From Draconibacterium sp. (lineage in GTDB: Bacteria; Bacteroidota; Bacteroidia; Bacteroidales; Prolixibacteraceae), in NCBI GenBank assembly GCA_037444065.1, contig JBBINB010000002.1:48642-112641 (forward strand): 64,000 nucleotides of DNA, in the 5' to 3' direction. Below, one piece after another: positions 46,389-55,550 of this stretch. Within the stretch, counting starts at the first letter, position 1; the number at the start of each line of letters is the position of its first letter. The position numbers were made by a program, and so were the translations under genes. The notes under the pieces were generated by a model, which worked only from the letters and a program-made list of their open reading frames with translations, did not search any database and was not told the DNA's origin.

Positions 46389-47852
46389 ATGACAAATCAA
46401 AACAGTACTACCGTTAAATTTTACAACGGAGAACAAATACCGGTTGAATTACACAAAGTAAGAGTTGTTCAAAAACTTCACCTGAAACCGATTGAAGAGC
46501 GTGCAAAGGCAATGGAAGTTGCAGGGTATAATACTTTTCTGCTCGATACAAGCAATGTATTCCTTGATATGTTAACCGATTCAGGAACAAATGCAATGAG
46601 CGACAACCAGATTGCTTCGATGCTTCAAGCAGATGATGCCTATGCAGGATCGCAAAGTTTTTACAGGATGGAAGCCGCTGCCCGTGAGGTTTTTGGGAAA
46701 CATTATGTTTTGCCCGTACACCAGGGCCGCGCAGCCGAGAATATAATTTCCCAGGTTTTTATTAAAAAGGGCGATGTTATACCCATGAATTATCATTTTA
46801 CCACAACCAAGGAACATATGATGATAAATGGTGGGACCGTTCTTGAAATTTACACTGACAAAGCGCTTAAAATTAAGAGCAATGAATTGTTTAAAGGTAA
46901 CATCGACATTGAAAAATTAAAGGATGTTTATCGGGAATACGGAAAAGAACGAGTTGCTTTTGTTCGGATGGAAGCTTCGACCAACCTGATTGGCGGGCAA
47001 CCATTTTCGATGCAAAATATGCGCGATGTTAAAAAGATTTGTCAGGAAAACGGTACAATGATGGTTCTGGATGCCAGTTTGATAGGCGAAAATGCCTATA
47101 TGATAAAGCAACGTGAACCCGAATTTGCAAATGCTTCGATAAAAGACATATTACTGGAAATGTGCAGTTATGCCGATATTATTTATTTTTCGAGTCGCAA
47201 AGTGAGTTCCACTCGTGGCGGAGGTATACTTACAAGCAGCGAAGATTTGTACCTGAAAATGCGCGATCTGCTTGTTTTATTCGAAGGTTTTCTTACCTAT
47301 GGCGGAATGTCAACCCGCGAAATTGAAGCTATGGCAGTTGGTTTACGCGAAACCTGCGACGATACAATGATCAGCCAATCTCCCTCATTTATAGAATATA
47401 CTGTAAATTCGCTGGATGAAATGGGAATTCCGGTGATTACGCCCGCCGGTGCACTTGGTTGCCATATCGATTCAATGGGTTTCCTTCCGCATGTTCCGCA
47501 ACAACAATATCCGGCCGGCGCACTTGCTGCTGCACTGTTTATTATTTCAGGTATCCGTGGAATGGAGCGTGGAACCATATCGAGCATCCGCGATGAGAAT
47601 GGAAATGATGTACTTGCCGATGTTGAATTGCTCCGACTGGCCTTCCCTCGAAGGGTATTTACGCTTTCGCAAACCAAGTTTGTTATCGACAGGGTAAAAT
47701 GGTTATACGATAACCGTGAATTAGTTGGCGGATTGGAATGGATTCAGGAACCACCACTTTTACGTTTCTTCCTTGGAACATTAAAACCGGTAAGCGACTG
47801 GCCCCAGAAACTTGTGGCGAAATTTAAAACCGATTTCGGGGAGTCGTTGTAA
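46389..47852 (+). CDS. Beta-eliminating lyase (tryptophanase / tyrosine phenol-lyase family)
   Basis: FLDMLTDSGTNAMSDNQ, DAYAGSQSFY, HQGRAAE and SSRKVSSTRGGG (PLP-Lys region) are colinear with TnaA/TPL. Start at MTNQNS (46389). Confidence 0.85.
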   Translation: MTNQNSTTVKFYNGEQIPVELHKVRVVQKLHLKPIEERAKAMEVAGYNTFLLDTSNVFLDMLTDSGTNAMSDNQIASMLQADDAYAGSQSFYRMEAAAREVFGKHYVLPVHQGRAAENIISQVFIKKGDVIPMNYHFTTTKEHMMINGGTVLEIYTDKALKIKSNELFKGNIDIEKLKDVYREYGKERVAFVRMEASTNLIGGQPFSMQNMRDVKKICQENGTMMVLDASLIGENAYMIKQREPEFANASIKDILLEMCSYADIIYFSSRKVSSTRGGGILTSSEDLYLKMRDLLVLFEGFLTYGGMSTREIEAMAVGLRETCDDTMISQSPSFIEYTVNSLDEMGIPVITPAGALGCHIDSMGFLPHVPQQQYPAGALAAALFIISGIRGMERGTISSIRDENGNDVLADVELLRLAFPRRVFTLSQTKFVIDRVKWLYDNRELVGGLEWIQEPPLLRFFLGTLKPVSDWPQKLVAKFKTDFGESL

Positions 47853-47907
47853 ACAAAAAAACTCAAAATATTGATTGATAATATTTTGAATTACAAAAAT
47901 ATCATAA

Positions 47908-47935
47908 GGGAATCAATAATGGTTCCCTTTTTTTT
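47908..47935 (+). terminator. Rho-independent terminator after the lyase gene
   Basis: GGGAATC-aataat-GGTTCCC followed by TTTTTTTT. Confidence 0.7.
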
Positions 47936-48061
47936 GTCTGGTCAATGTACTCTGACAAGCCTGTTGTATTAACCTGACAACGTCCGCCTGACTGGTCAGC
48001 GTTAAACATAACTGACTTTTATTGATTAATTATTTTAGCTACACTGAATTTTTATTTTTCA

Positions 48062-48096
48062 CTTTAAACTTTCATCTTTAAACTTTCATCTTTAAC
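48062..48096 (+). repeat. 5-unit heptad (14-bp doublet) repeat just upstream of a start codon
   Basis: ctttaaa ctttcat ctttaaa ctttcat ctttaac. Ends 8 nt before the ATG at 48105. Confidence 0.8.
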
Positions 48097-48104
48097 TCAA
48101 TATT

Positions 48105-49217
48105 ATGGTCGATTGGAGTAAAGTGCGCGAAGAATTTCCAGTATGCAGAAAGTACGTTTATTTGAATCCTGCCGGGGGTTCGCCAGTTTCACTTAGCGCG
48201 GCAAACGAAGGGAAACGATTTTACGACGAAATGCTTGAATTTGGAGATACCTGCTGGGAAACGTGGCTCGAACGCACGGAAAAAGTCCGTTCTGCACTGG
48301 CTGGTTTTATTGGGGCCGAACGGGAAGAAATTGGTTTTACAACAAACACTTCCCACGGAATGAACCTCGTTGCCCAAATGTTAAAAGATAAAGGAACAGT
48401 GCTTACCATGCGCGATGAGTTTCCTTCAACCACTTTTCCCTGGTTAAACCAGCATGCAAAAATAAAATTTGTTGAACCTGTTAATTACGGATATTCAATC
48501 GAGGATATTCAGAAAGTGTTAACACCCGATATTAAAATTTTGGTTACCAGTTATGTACAATACTGTACAGGGTTTCGGCAGGATTTGGAGGAACTGGGAA
48601 ATTTTTGCAGGAAGAATAACCTGATTTTTGTTGTAAACGCAACCCAGGCGCTTGGAATTTTTCCGGTTGACGTGAAGAAATGCAGCATCGATTTTCTGAT
48701 GTTTACCGGGTTGAAATGGGCCACAGCCGGTTATGGAATAGGGGGATTGTTTATTGATAAAAAATGGCTAAGCACAGAAAATTTTCCTTTTGCAGGTTGG
48801 CGCAGTGTTCAGACACCCGGGAAAATGGATAACCTTGATTTGGATCTTAAAAATGAAGCATCTGTTATCGAGTCTGGCTGTCCGCACTTCCCCAATATTT
48901 TTGCTTTGGGGGGAGCGTTGAAAATGTTTTCTGAAATTGGCGCTGAAAATGTAGCGAACAGGGTATTGTATTTAAACCGGTTGATTGAGGAAAAACTCCG
49001 GTCGTTGGGAATTGAAAATATTGCACAAAATGAAGATAAACATCGGTCGGGAATCCTTATTGCAAAAATTCCGAATCCGAAATATGTTGTCGGGGAGCTT
49101 TTAAAAAAGAACGTCATAGTTTCGGCAAGAGGTGAGGGGATGCGTGTTTCGGCCAGTATTTTCAATAACGAAGAAGATGTTGAGAAATTAGTCAAGGAAC
49201 TCCGGATTATTATGTAA
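48105..49217 (+). CDS. Class V aminotransferase-fold PLP enzyme (cysteine desulfurase/selenocysteine-lyase-like)
   Basis: 370 aa. VYLNPAGGSP, TTNTSHGMN and DFLMFTGLKWATAGYGIGGLFI (PLP-Lys region) follow the class V pattern. Confidence 0.75.
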   Translation: MVDWSKVREEFPVCRKYVYLNPAGGSPVSLSAANEGKRFYDEMLEFGDTCWETWLERTEKVRSALAGFIGAEREEIGFTTNTSHGMNLVAQMLKDKGTVLTMRDEFPSTTFPWLNQHAKIKFVEPVNYGYSIEDIQKVLTPDIKILVTSYVQYCTGFRQDLEELGNFCRKNNLIFVVNATQALGIFPVDVKKCSIDFLMFTGLKWATAGYGIGGLFIDKKWLSTENFPFAGWRSVQTPGKMDNLDLDLKNEASVIESGCPHFPNIFALGGALKMFSEIGAENVANRVLYLNRLIEEKLRSLGIENIAQNEDKHRSGILIAKIPNPKYVVGELLKKNVIVSARGEGMRVSASIFNNEEDVEKLVKELRIIM

Positions 49218-49327
49218 CCCATTCAAAAAAATCAATTTATTTGGTTAAAATAATCCCAGTGTTGGTTACGTTTAAATCATAATCGGCAGGATAATCCAAC
49301 TGCATCTTTAATTTTAAAAATAAAGCC

Positions 49328-49855
49328 ATGAAGAGTGTGATTTATCTGTTTGTGTTGGTTTTCCCGACATTTAGCGCTATTATCGGCAAAGCACAGTTTA
49401 ATCCATTTACAAACGAAAGGAAATTGTTTACGGCGGGAATAGGGATTTCAGACTGGGGAATGCCTTTGTTTGCAACGTACGAACACCCGGTAGCCGACAA
49501 CGTTACAGTGGGTGGCCGTCTGTCGTTTCAGTCGAAATTGGAAACTCACATTTACAAATGGAAACATAATATTGTAGGGGTGAATGCCAGGGGAAGTTAT
49601 CATTTTAATGAACTATTAAATGCCCCTGCCGAATGGGACTTTTATGCAGGCGCTTCAATGGGGTATTACTTATGGAACACGAAATACACAGGGCAGGGCT
49701 TGTTTGTTTACAGCGGCCAGGGAAAGAGTGGGTTTAATATTGATGCACATGTTGGCGCGAGGTATTTTATACAGGATAATTTTGGTCTGTCAGTCGAATT
49801 GGGTGGCGGTTCTGTTTTAGCCGGAGGTACTGTTGGCCTCACATTTTTGTTCTGA
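49328..49855 (+). CDS. Small outer-membrane beta-barrel protein
   Basis: 175 aa with a signal peptide, alternating Gly/aromatic strands and a terminal ...GLTFLF. Confidence 0.55.
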   Translation: MKSVIYLFVLVFPTFSAIIGKAQFNPFTNERKLFTAGIGISDWGMPLFATYEHPVADNVTVGGRLSFQSKLETHIYKWKHNIVGVNARGSYHFNELLNAPAEWDFYAGASMGYYLWNTKYTGQGLFVYSGQGKSGFNIDAHVGARYFIQDNFGLSVELGGGSVLAGGTVGLTFLF

Positions 49856-49979
49856 AAAGTTTTTTGTACTTTTTTTGTGCTTGTGCAACCTGAAAATTAG
49901 TCGGTATTTTGGTACTTTTTTTGGTAGAGCAAATACAGGACCAGGATTTTCTGTTCGACTTATCTTAAAATAAGCTCCA

Positions 49980-50429
49980 ATGAAAGCAAAATATATAATG
50001 CTGTTATTGATTGTAGTAGTTACTGTTTCTTGTAGTTCACAAAGAAAGGTACAAACGTCAAGATCAAATCTCAAAAAAATTGAAAATGAAATTACCGGTA
50101 AAAACTGGAATTTAGTTGAAATGAATGGCAGTGCGGTTAAACCTGATGGCAGTGAACCTTATATCAGGTTTAACCGGGTTGATAACAGTGTCAGCGGAAA
50201 CACAGGGTGTAACTCGTTTTTCGGAAATTTTGTATTATCGGAGGAGAACAAAATAAAATTTTCGCCATTGGCATCGACAAAAATAGCATGTATGGGAAAA
50301 AATCCTGAAGAGGAGTATTTGAATGCCCTTTCCAAAACTGAAAGTTACTCTATAGGTGCTAACGAATTAATTTTTAAGGATATATCTGGTAATTTTGTAC
50401 TGAAATTTCAAGCAGTCTTTTCTAAATAG
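49980..50429 (+). CDS. META-domain (HslJ-like) lipoprotein
   Basis: Lipobox VTVSCSS. W.L.E.NG......... YI.F......SG..GCN.F.G.......I.F....T..AC follows the META domain pattern. Confidence 0.8.
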   Translation: MKAKYIMLLLIVVVTVSCSSQRKVQTSRSNLKKIENEITGKNWNLVEMNGSAVKPDGSEPYIRFNRVDNSVSGNTGCNSFFGNFVLSEENKIKFSPLASTKIACMGKNPEEEYLNALSKTESYSIGANELIFKDISGNFVLKFQAVFSK

Positions 50430-50460
50430 CCGGAACTAGTTCAGCTTAATTTTAAAGGTT

Positions 50461-50603
50461 GAGTCCACTCCAAAAAGTCAAAAACCCCTAAATCCCCTAA
50501 AGGGGACTTTGAAGAGTTCATTGATTTTCAGCGAGTTCCCCTTTAGGGGTCAGGGGTAAAAGAGTTGAAAATCAATGAACTCGGACTTTTCGGAGTAAGC
50601 TCA
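50461..50603 (-). mobile_element. 143-bp MITE, copy B (flanked by 5-bp TSD AAGGT), inserted at the stop codon of the SGNH hydrolase gene
   Basis: Reverse complement is 138/143 identical to 20591-20733. AAGGT at 50456-50460 and 50604-50608. Removing the element plus one TSD restores ...AAC CTT TAA. Confidence 0.85.
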
Positions 50604-51793
50604 AGGTTAATATAAAAATACCTCAAAATACATTTATTCCCGGTACTTTCGGGGTTTTTCTGATTCGTAGTCCTGATTTGAAGAATATGTTTTCCGTTTT
50701 TCAGCCCCGAACCCAGGGTGTAAAACCAGGGCAGGTATAAATTTTTACTCCAACGGGTAAATAAATCAAGCCTCTTCCAATCAGAATTGTCGATGCTGAA
50801 CTCGATTATCCCGGCATCGGGACCTGCTGCAACCGCAATACCAACAGCATTTCCTTCGAATTTGAATTTAATTATTTTCCCGGGGTAGTCGCCAACCAAC
50901 ATTGGAACATTGACATAGTTAAAACGTGTAGCTTTTCCGTCAGATGGATTCCAGTCCTTCACCAATTTCCAGCCTTTTATTGGCTTTGGTGGATTCGGTT
51001 CAATCAGAATACCTTTCGCGAAAGAAAACTTATCGATTGGTTCGGGTAACAATCTCTGGGTATAATCGCCTGTATGGGTTGATACAAAAGCGTTTGAAAG
51101 AAAATTTTTAATCGACTGATAATAGATATTCTGACCAAAAGGCGACGGATGTAAATCTTTAAAATCGTTTTCCCAGGTAAACTCCCCGGCTATAATCCGG
51201 TGGGTCACCTCACCGGCCAGGTTTATTGTTGAAATGTTGTAGTGTTTGGCAACTTCTTCATGAATCTGGATCACTCCGGGCACCCTGCCGTTTTTATAAT
51301 CTGCTATCTTCCCCGGGTCGACAAAATGCATAATTACAATATCGCATAATGGATTTGCAGATTTTGCATGGCGCACAATTCCTTCCATGGACCGGGTAAT
51401 TTCAATTGGATCGGAGCCATTTGTATCGTCGTTTACTGCTGCCTCAAGAAAAAGTAAATCGACAGGGCCATTTTTTAACACGTCTTTTTCAAAACGAAAA
51501 GCGCCCGGAATTGAGCCCATCGATGGAATACCGGCATTTATAAAATCAAATCTGGTTTCCGGAAACCTTAGCTGAATGAATTGGCAAACCGAATCGCGCC
51601 AGCCCGGGTTATAAGTTATTGAACCTCCAAGGAAAACAATTCTGCCAGCCCTTTCTTTTATAAACTTCAAGGATGAATTTGTTAAATGCCCCCGAAGTAC
51701 ATGGTATTCCTTCGAATCAATTTTCTGTGCTCCGGAAACAACTGATATTAAGATAAATATACTCGATAAAAAATAAGTGATAAAATTTTTCAT
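50543..51793 (-). CDS. SGNH/GDSL-family hydrolase with C-terminal beta-sandwich-like domain; 3' end extended by MITE
   Basis: RIVFLGGSIT (block I Ser), GIPSMG, AAVND and a DxxH-like region. The last 20 codons (ELTPKSPSSLIFNSFTPDP) are encoded by the MITE. Confidence 0.75.
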   Translation of the reverse strand: MKNFITYFLSSIFILISVVSGAQKIDSKEYHVLRGHLTNSSLKFIKERAGRIVFLGGSITYNPGWRDSVCQFIQLRFPETRFDFINAGIPSMGSIPGAFRFEKDVLKNGPVDLLFLEAAVNDDTNGSDPIEITRSMEGIVRHAKSANPLCDIVIMHFVDPGKIADYKNGRVPGVIQIHEEVAKHYNISTINLAGEVTHRIIAGEFTWENDFKDLHPSPFGQNIYYQSIKNFLSNAFVSTHTGDYTQRLLPEPIDKFSFAKGILIEPNPPKPIKGWKLVKDWNPSDGKATRFNYVNVPMLVGDYPGKIIKFKFEGNAVGIAVAAGPDAGIIEFSIDNSDWKRLDLFTRWSKNLYLPWFYTLGSGLKNGKHILQIRTTNQKNPESTGNKCILRYFYINLELTPKSPSSLIFNSFTPDP

Positions 51794-51834
51794 CCGGTGC
51801 TAATTTTACAATAAATTATTTCCATTAAACCGGA

Positions 51835-52407
51835 TTAAGCTTTCCATTCGACCTTCGATTCAATTTCCCCGCGGCCAGGCGAAGGATAAGCAAGCGCAAT
51901 ATGGCCTACATAGAAAAAGCCCAGGAGTTTTTGACCGGGTTTTATTTCAATAACTTCGTTTAACAAATGTAAAAAGCCGGGCGTGGACCAGAATGCGCCC
52001 AATCCAAGGCTGCTGGCGGTTAACCACATGTTTTGCACAGCCATCGAAACAGCGGCAATTTCTTCCCATTCGGGTATTCTTTCGCCTGCATCGCGTTCAA
52101 AAATAATTGCAATTACAACGGGTACATTTTCAATTGCATATTTCAGTTTTTCGACTATTTGCGGGTTCAGTTGCTCGCCCGATTGAATTTTGTTATCCAA
52201 AATTGAAAAAATATCGCGGGCAAGTTTTAGTTTAGGTTCCCCGGTGTAGACTTTAAAACGCCATGGTTCGGTGTTTTTATGAGTTGGCGCCCAGTTTGCA
52301 TTAATTAAAAGTTGCTCTATAATAGCTTTCGAAATTTCCTTTTCGGACATGAACCGTGGGGGGATGGCCCTGCGGTTTTTTATAATGTCGTTTATATTGC
52401 TTTCCAT
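51835..52407 (-). CDS. Nitroreductase family protein
   Basis: IIKNRRAIPP, NWAPTHKNTEPWRF and LGLGAFWSTP are typical of the NfnB/nitroreductase fold. Start at MESNIN (52407). Confidence 0.8.
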   Translation of the reverse strand: MESNINDIIKNRRAIPPRFMSEKEISKAIIEQLLINANWAPTHKNTEPWRFKVYTGEPKLKLARDIFSILDNKIQSGEQLNPQIVEKLKYAIENVPVVIAIIFERDAGERIPEWEEIAAVSMAVQNMWLTASSLGLGAFWSTPGFLHLLNEVIEIKPGQKLLGFFYVGHIALAYPSPGRGEIESKVEWKA

Positions 52408-52522
52408 AATTCTGAAAATAAATAATTGGTAAATATAACAATGAACCAATTTTAGGTGTTGATTCGCAGATTAAAGATATAAAACTTTGAAGGGAATAAT
52501 ACATTTCGCGGGAAAAAGAGGA

Positions 52523-52613
52523 AAGGGGCTTACCAAAAAGTCAAATATAGAAATGAGATACTTACAAATTGAAAGTTTCATTTTTAATTTTTTTACTTTT
52601 TAGTCAGCCCCTT
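52523..52613. mobile_element. Short (91-bp) MITE-like element with TIRs related to the 143-bp family
   Basis: AAGGGGCTTACCAAAAAGT ... ACTTTTTAGTCAGCCCCTT (16/19 complementary). The TIR core GCTTAC(T)CCRAAAAGT is shared with 20591-20608. No clear TSD. Confidence 0.45.
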
Positions 52614-52621
52614 TGTGGTTT

Positions 52622-54028
52622 TCATTTCTCGTACCCTAATATTTTAAACATATCCTGTGCCGACTGTTCATTTCTGTACACATAATCGACAATGTTACCC
52701 TTGTCATCGCGGTCAATAATTACATGTTTTGGCGAAGGGATCAGGCAGTGTTTAATACCGCCGTATCCGCTAATGGCATCCTGGTAGGCCCCTGTATGAA
52801 AAAAACCGAGGTACAACGGTTCTTCATCGTCTTCGGGGTATGATGGCAACAAAACTTCCTGGTTTAAATCTTCAGAGTTGTAATAATCAGAGTGGTCGCA
52901 GCTGATTCCCCCAATGTTTACACGTTTATATTCGTTGTTCCACTTATTAATTGGCAATAAAATAAATTTTTCAAAAATCGACCACGCATCCGGAATTGTA
53001 TTCATCAGGCTGTTATTTACAATGTACCAGCTTTCGGTGTCGTTTTGCTGTTTTTGTTCAAGCACTTCAAAAACAATAGCGCCGCTTTCTCCTACGGTAT
53101 ATTTCCCAAATTCGGTATAAATATCGGGTTCTTTTACTTTCTCAACTGCACAACTATCTTTAATAGCTGCAACAATTTCGTTAATCATGTATTCGTAATT
53201 GTATTCAAAACCAAGGTGGTTCCTTATCGGAAATCCTCCGCCCAGGTTAAAAGAATCGAGGGTATTGCATTTTTTCTTTAAATCGACATACAGTTTCATC
53301 GCTTTTTGAAACTCGCCCCAATAGTACAAACTGTCTTTGATCCCCGAATCGACAAAAAAATGGAGCATTTTTAATTCAATGTGCTCTTTGTCCTTTATGT
53401 TATCCAGGTAAAACTTTAAAATATCGGTGTGCCTGATCCCCAACCGGGATGTATAATATGAGGATTGTGATTCCTCATTTATTGCCATCCGGATTCCAAT
53501 TTTAACTTTTACCCCGTTCGCTAATTTTTCAATTCTGCTCAGTTCGTTTATGCTGTCGAGAACAATAATGTTATTTCTGAAACCGATTTCCTGGAGATTA
53601 AGTATTTTGGCCAGGTACTCGTCGGTTTTGTATCCGTTATGAACGATAATCCTGTTTTTATCTATTTTTTTTTCGCGGAATAAACTCAGAATCAGGTCGA
53701 TGTCGTAAGCCGATGATGTTTCCAGATTTACGTTCTGCTTAAGTGCTTCGTTAATCACATGCGAGAAGTGGTTGCATTTTGTGCAGTAACAATAATAATA
53801 GTGGCCTTTATAGTTGTTCTTTTTAATGGCCTTATTAAACAAATTACGCGCCTTTTTTATTTGATCGCCTATTTTGGGTAGGTAAATAAACCTGAAAGGT
53901 GTTCCGTACTTTTTTATCAGGTACTTTAACGAAATCCCATGAAATGTAAGACTGTTATCCCTTAAATCAAAGCCTTCCTGTGGGAAGTAGTAGCTTTGCT
54001 CGATCAAATCAAAATAGGTATTTTTCAT
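52622..54028 (-). CDS. Alanine-racemase-fold basic amino acid decarboxylase, probably arginine decarboxylase
   Basis: 468 aa. YGTPFRFIYLPKI, CYCTKCNHF (PLP-Lys region), NLGGGFP, GISCDHSD and FHTGAYQ. Divergent from the carboxy(nor)spermidine genes. Confidence 0.7.
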   Translation of the reverse strand: MKNTYFDLIEQSYYFPQEGFDLRDNSLTFHGISLKYLIKKYGTPFRFIYLPKIGDQIKKARNLFNKAIKKNNYKGHYYYCYCTKCNHFSHVINEALKQNVNLETSSAYDIDLILSLFREKKIDKNRIIVHNGYKTDEYLAKILNLQEIGFRNNIIVLDSINELSRIEKLANGVKVKIGIRMAINEESQSSYYTSRLGIRHTDILKFYLDNIKDKEHIELKMLHFFVDSGIKDSLYYWGEFQKAMKLYVDLKKKCNTLDSFNLGGGFPIRNHLGFEYNYEYMINEIVAAIKDSCAVEKVKEPDIYTEFGKYTVGESGAIVFEVLEQKQQNDTESWYIVNNSLMNTIPDAWSIFEKFILLPINKWNNEYKRVNIGGISCDHSDYYNSEDLNQEVLLPSYPEDDEEPLYLGFFHTGAYQDAISGYGGIKHCLIPSPKHVIIDRDDKGNIVDYVYRNEQSAQDMFKILGYEK

Positions 54029-54345
54029 TACGCATTCATAAAAAAATTATTGGTATTTAAATTTGCGACAAAATAAACTATTTTTTCCGAAAAAAGGGGA
54101 AAGAATTTTTAAAAGGACCCGCTAAAGACCAATAATTTCCGATACATAACTTATAATTTTAAATGAAAAAAACGGTTGTGGCTTTTTTATTTGCAGCCTG
54201 TCGTTGCGGATCCCGTTTAATATTTCACGATGGGCATTTCATAAAAAAATGCTTATTTTGCTTCTTTATTGTATCTTTTAGTTTTGATTATATTTTAAGT
54301 TTTCAATAAAAAGTACTTAACAAACAATTTCAAGATTTTATTAAA

Positions 54346-55539
54346 ATGAGTAAAGTATTAATTATAGGAGCAGGTGGGGTAGGCCGCGTAGTTGCAAGCA
54401 AATGTGCCGATAATCCGGAAGTATTTTCTGAAATTTTACTGGCAAGCCGAACCCTTTCGAAATGCGATGTCATTGCCCGCGAAGTTGGAAGGGGAAGGAT
54501 TTCAACAGCACAGGTAAATGCTGATAATGTGCCCGAAGTGGTGGCCTTAATTAACAAATTTAAACCTGAGCTTGTAATTAACGTCGCACTTCCGTACCAG
54601 GATTTACCAATTATGGATGCCTGTCTTGAAACAGGCGTGAACTACCTTGATACAGCGAATTACGAGCCAAAAGACGTGGCAAAATTTGAATACAGCTGGC
54701 AATGGGCTTATCATGACCGTTTTAAGGAAAAGGGTATCATGGCAGTTCTGGGTTGCGGTTTCGACCCAGGTGTAACAAGCATTTACACAGCATATGCAGC
54801 CAAACATCATTTCGACGAAATTGAGTATCTCGACATTGTAGATTGTAACGGCGGCGACCATGGTAAAGCTTTTGCAACTAATTTTAATCCCGAAATCAAT
54901 ATCCGCGAGATTACCCAGAATGGCAAATACTGGGAAAATGGCAAATGGGTTGAAACCAAACCTTTTGAGATAAAAAAAGCGCTTACTTATCCCAATATTG
55001 GCCCGCGTAATTCGTATGTTTTGTATCACGAAGAACTCGAATCGCTGGTTAAAAACTTCCCTTCTATTAAAAGGGCGCGGTTTTGGATGACTTTTGGCGA
55101 TGAATATTTGACCCACCTTAGGGTTATCCAGAATATTGGAATGGCCCGCATTGATACGGTAAAATATAAAGGTGTTGATATTGTACCGCTCGAATTTCTG
55201 AAAGCTGTTTTACCGGATCCTGGCGATTTAGGCGAAAATTACACCGGCGAAACGTCGATAGGCTGCCGCATAAAAGGCATTAAAAATGGAAAAGAACAAA
55301 CCTATTATGTCTGGAATAACTGTAGCCATCAGGTAGCTTTTGAGGAAACCGGGACACAGGGAGTTTCATATACAACCGGAGTGCCTGCAATGTTAGGTGC
55401 AATGCTTGTTCTAACGGGAAAATGGAAAGGGAAAGGTGTGTTTAATGTCGAAGAATTTGATCCCGATCCGTTTATGGAAAAAATTGGCCAGTATGGGTTG
55501 CCATGGAACGAAGTGTTTAATGTCGATTTGGAAGTATAA
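54346..55539 (+). CDS. Carboxy(nor)spermidine dehydrogenase/synthase (saccharopine dehydrogenase family)
   Basis: MSKVLIIGAGGVGRVVA is the Rossmann motif. 397 aa, colinear with CANSDH. Immediately precedes nspC. Confidence 0.85.
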   Translation: MSKVLIIGAGGVGRVVASKCADNPEVFSEILLASRTLSKCDVIAREVGRGRISTAQVNADNVPEVVALINKFKPELVINVALPYQDLPIMDACLETGVNYLDTANYEPKDVAKFEYSWQWAYHDRFKEKGIMAVLGCGFDPGVTSIYTAYAAKHHFDEIEYLDIVDCNGGDHGKAFATNFNPEINIREITQNGKYWENGKWVETKPFEIKKALTYPNIGPRNSYVLYHEELESLVKNFPSIKRARFWMTFGDEYLTHLRVIQNIGMARIDTVKYKGVDIVPLEFLKAVLPDPGDLGENYTGETSIGCRIKGIKNGKEQTYYVWNNCSHQVAFEETGTQGVSYTTGVPAMLGAMLVLTGKWKGKGVFNVEEFDPDPFMEKIGQYGLPWNEVFNVDLEV

Positions 55540-55550
55540 ATTAAAATTCA

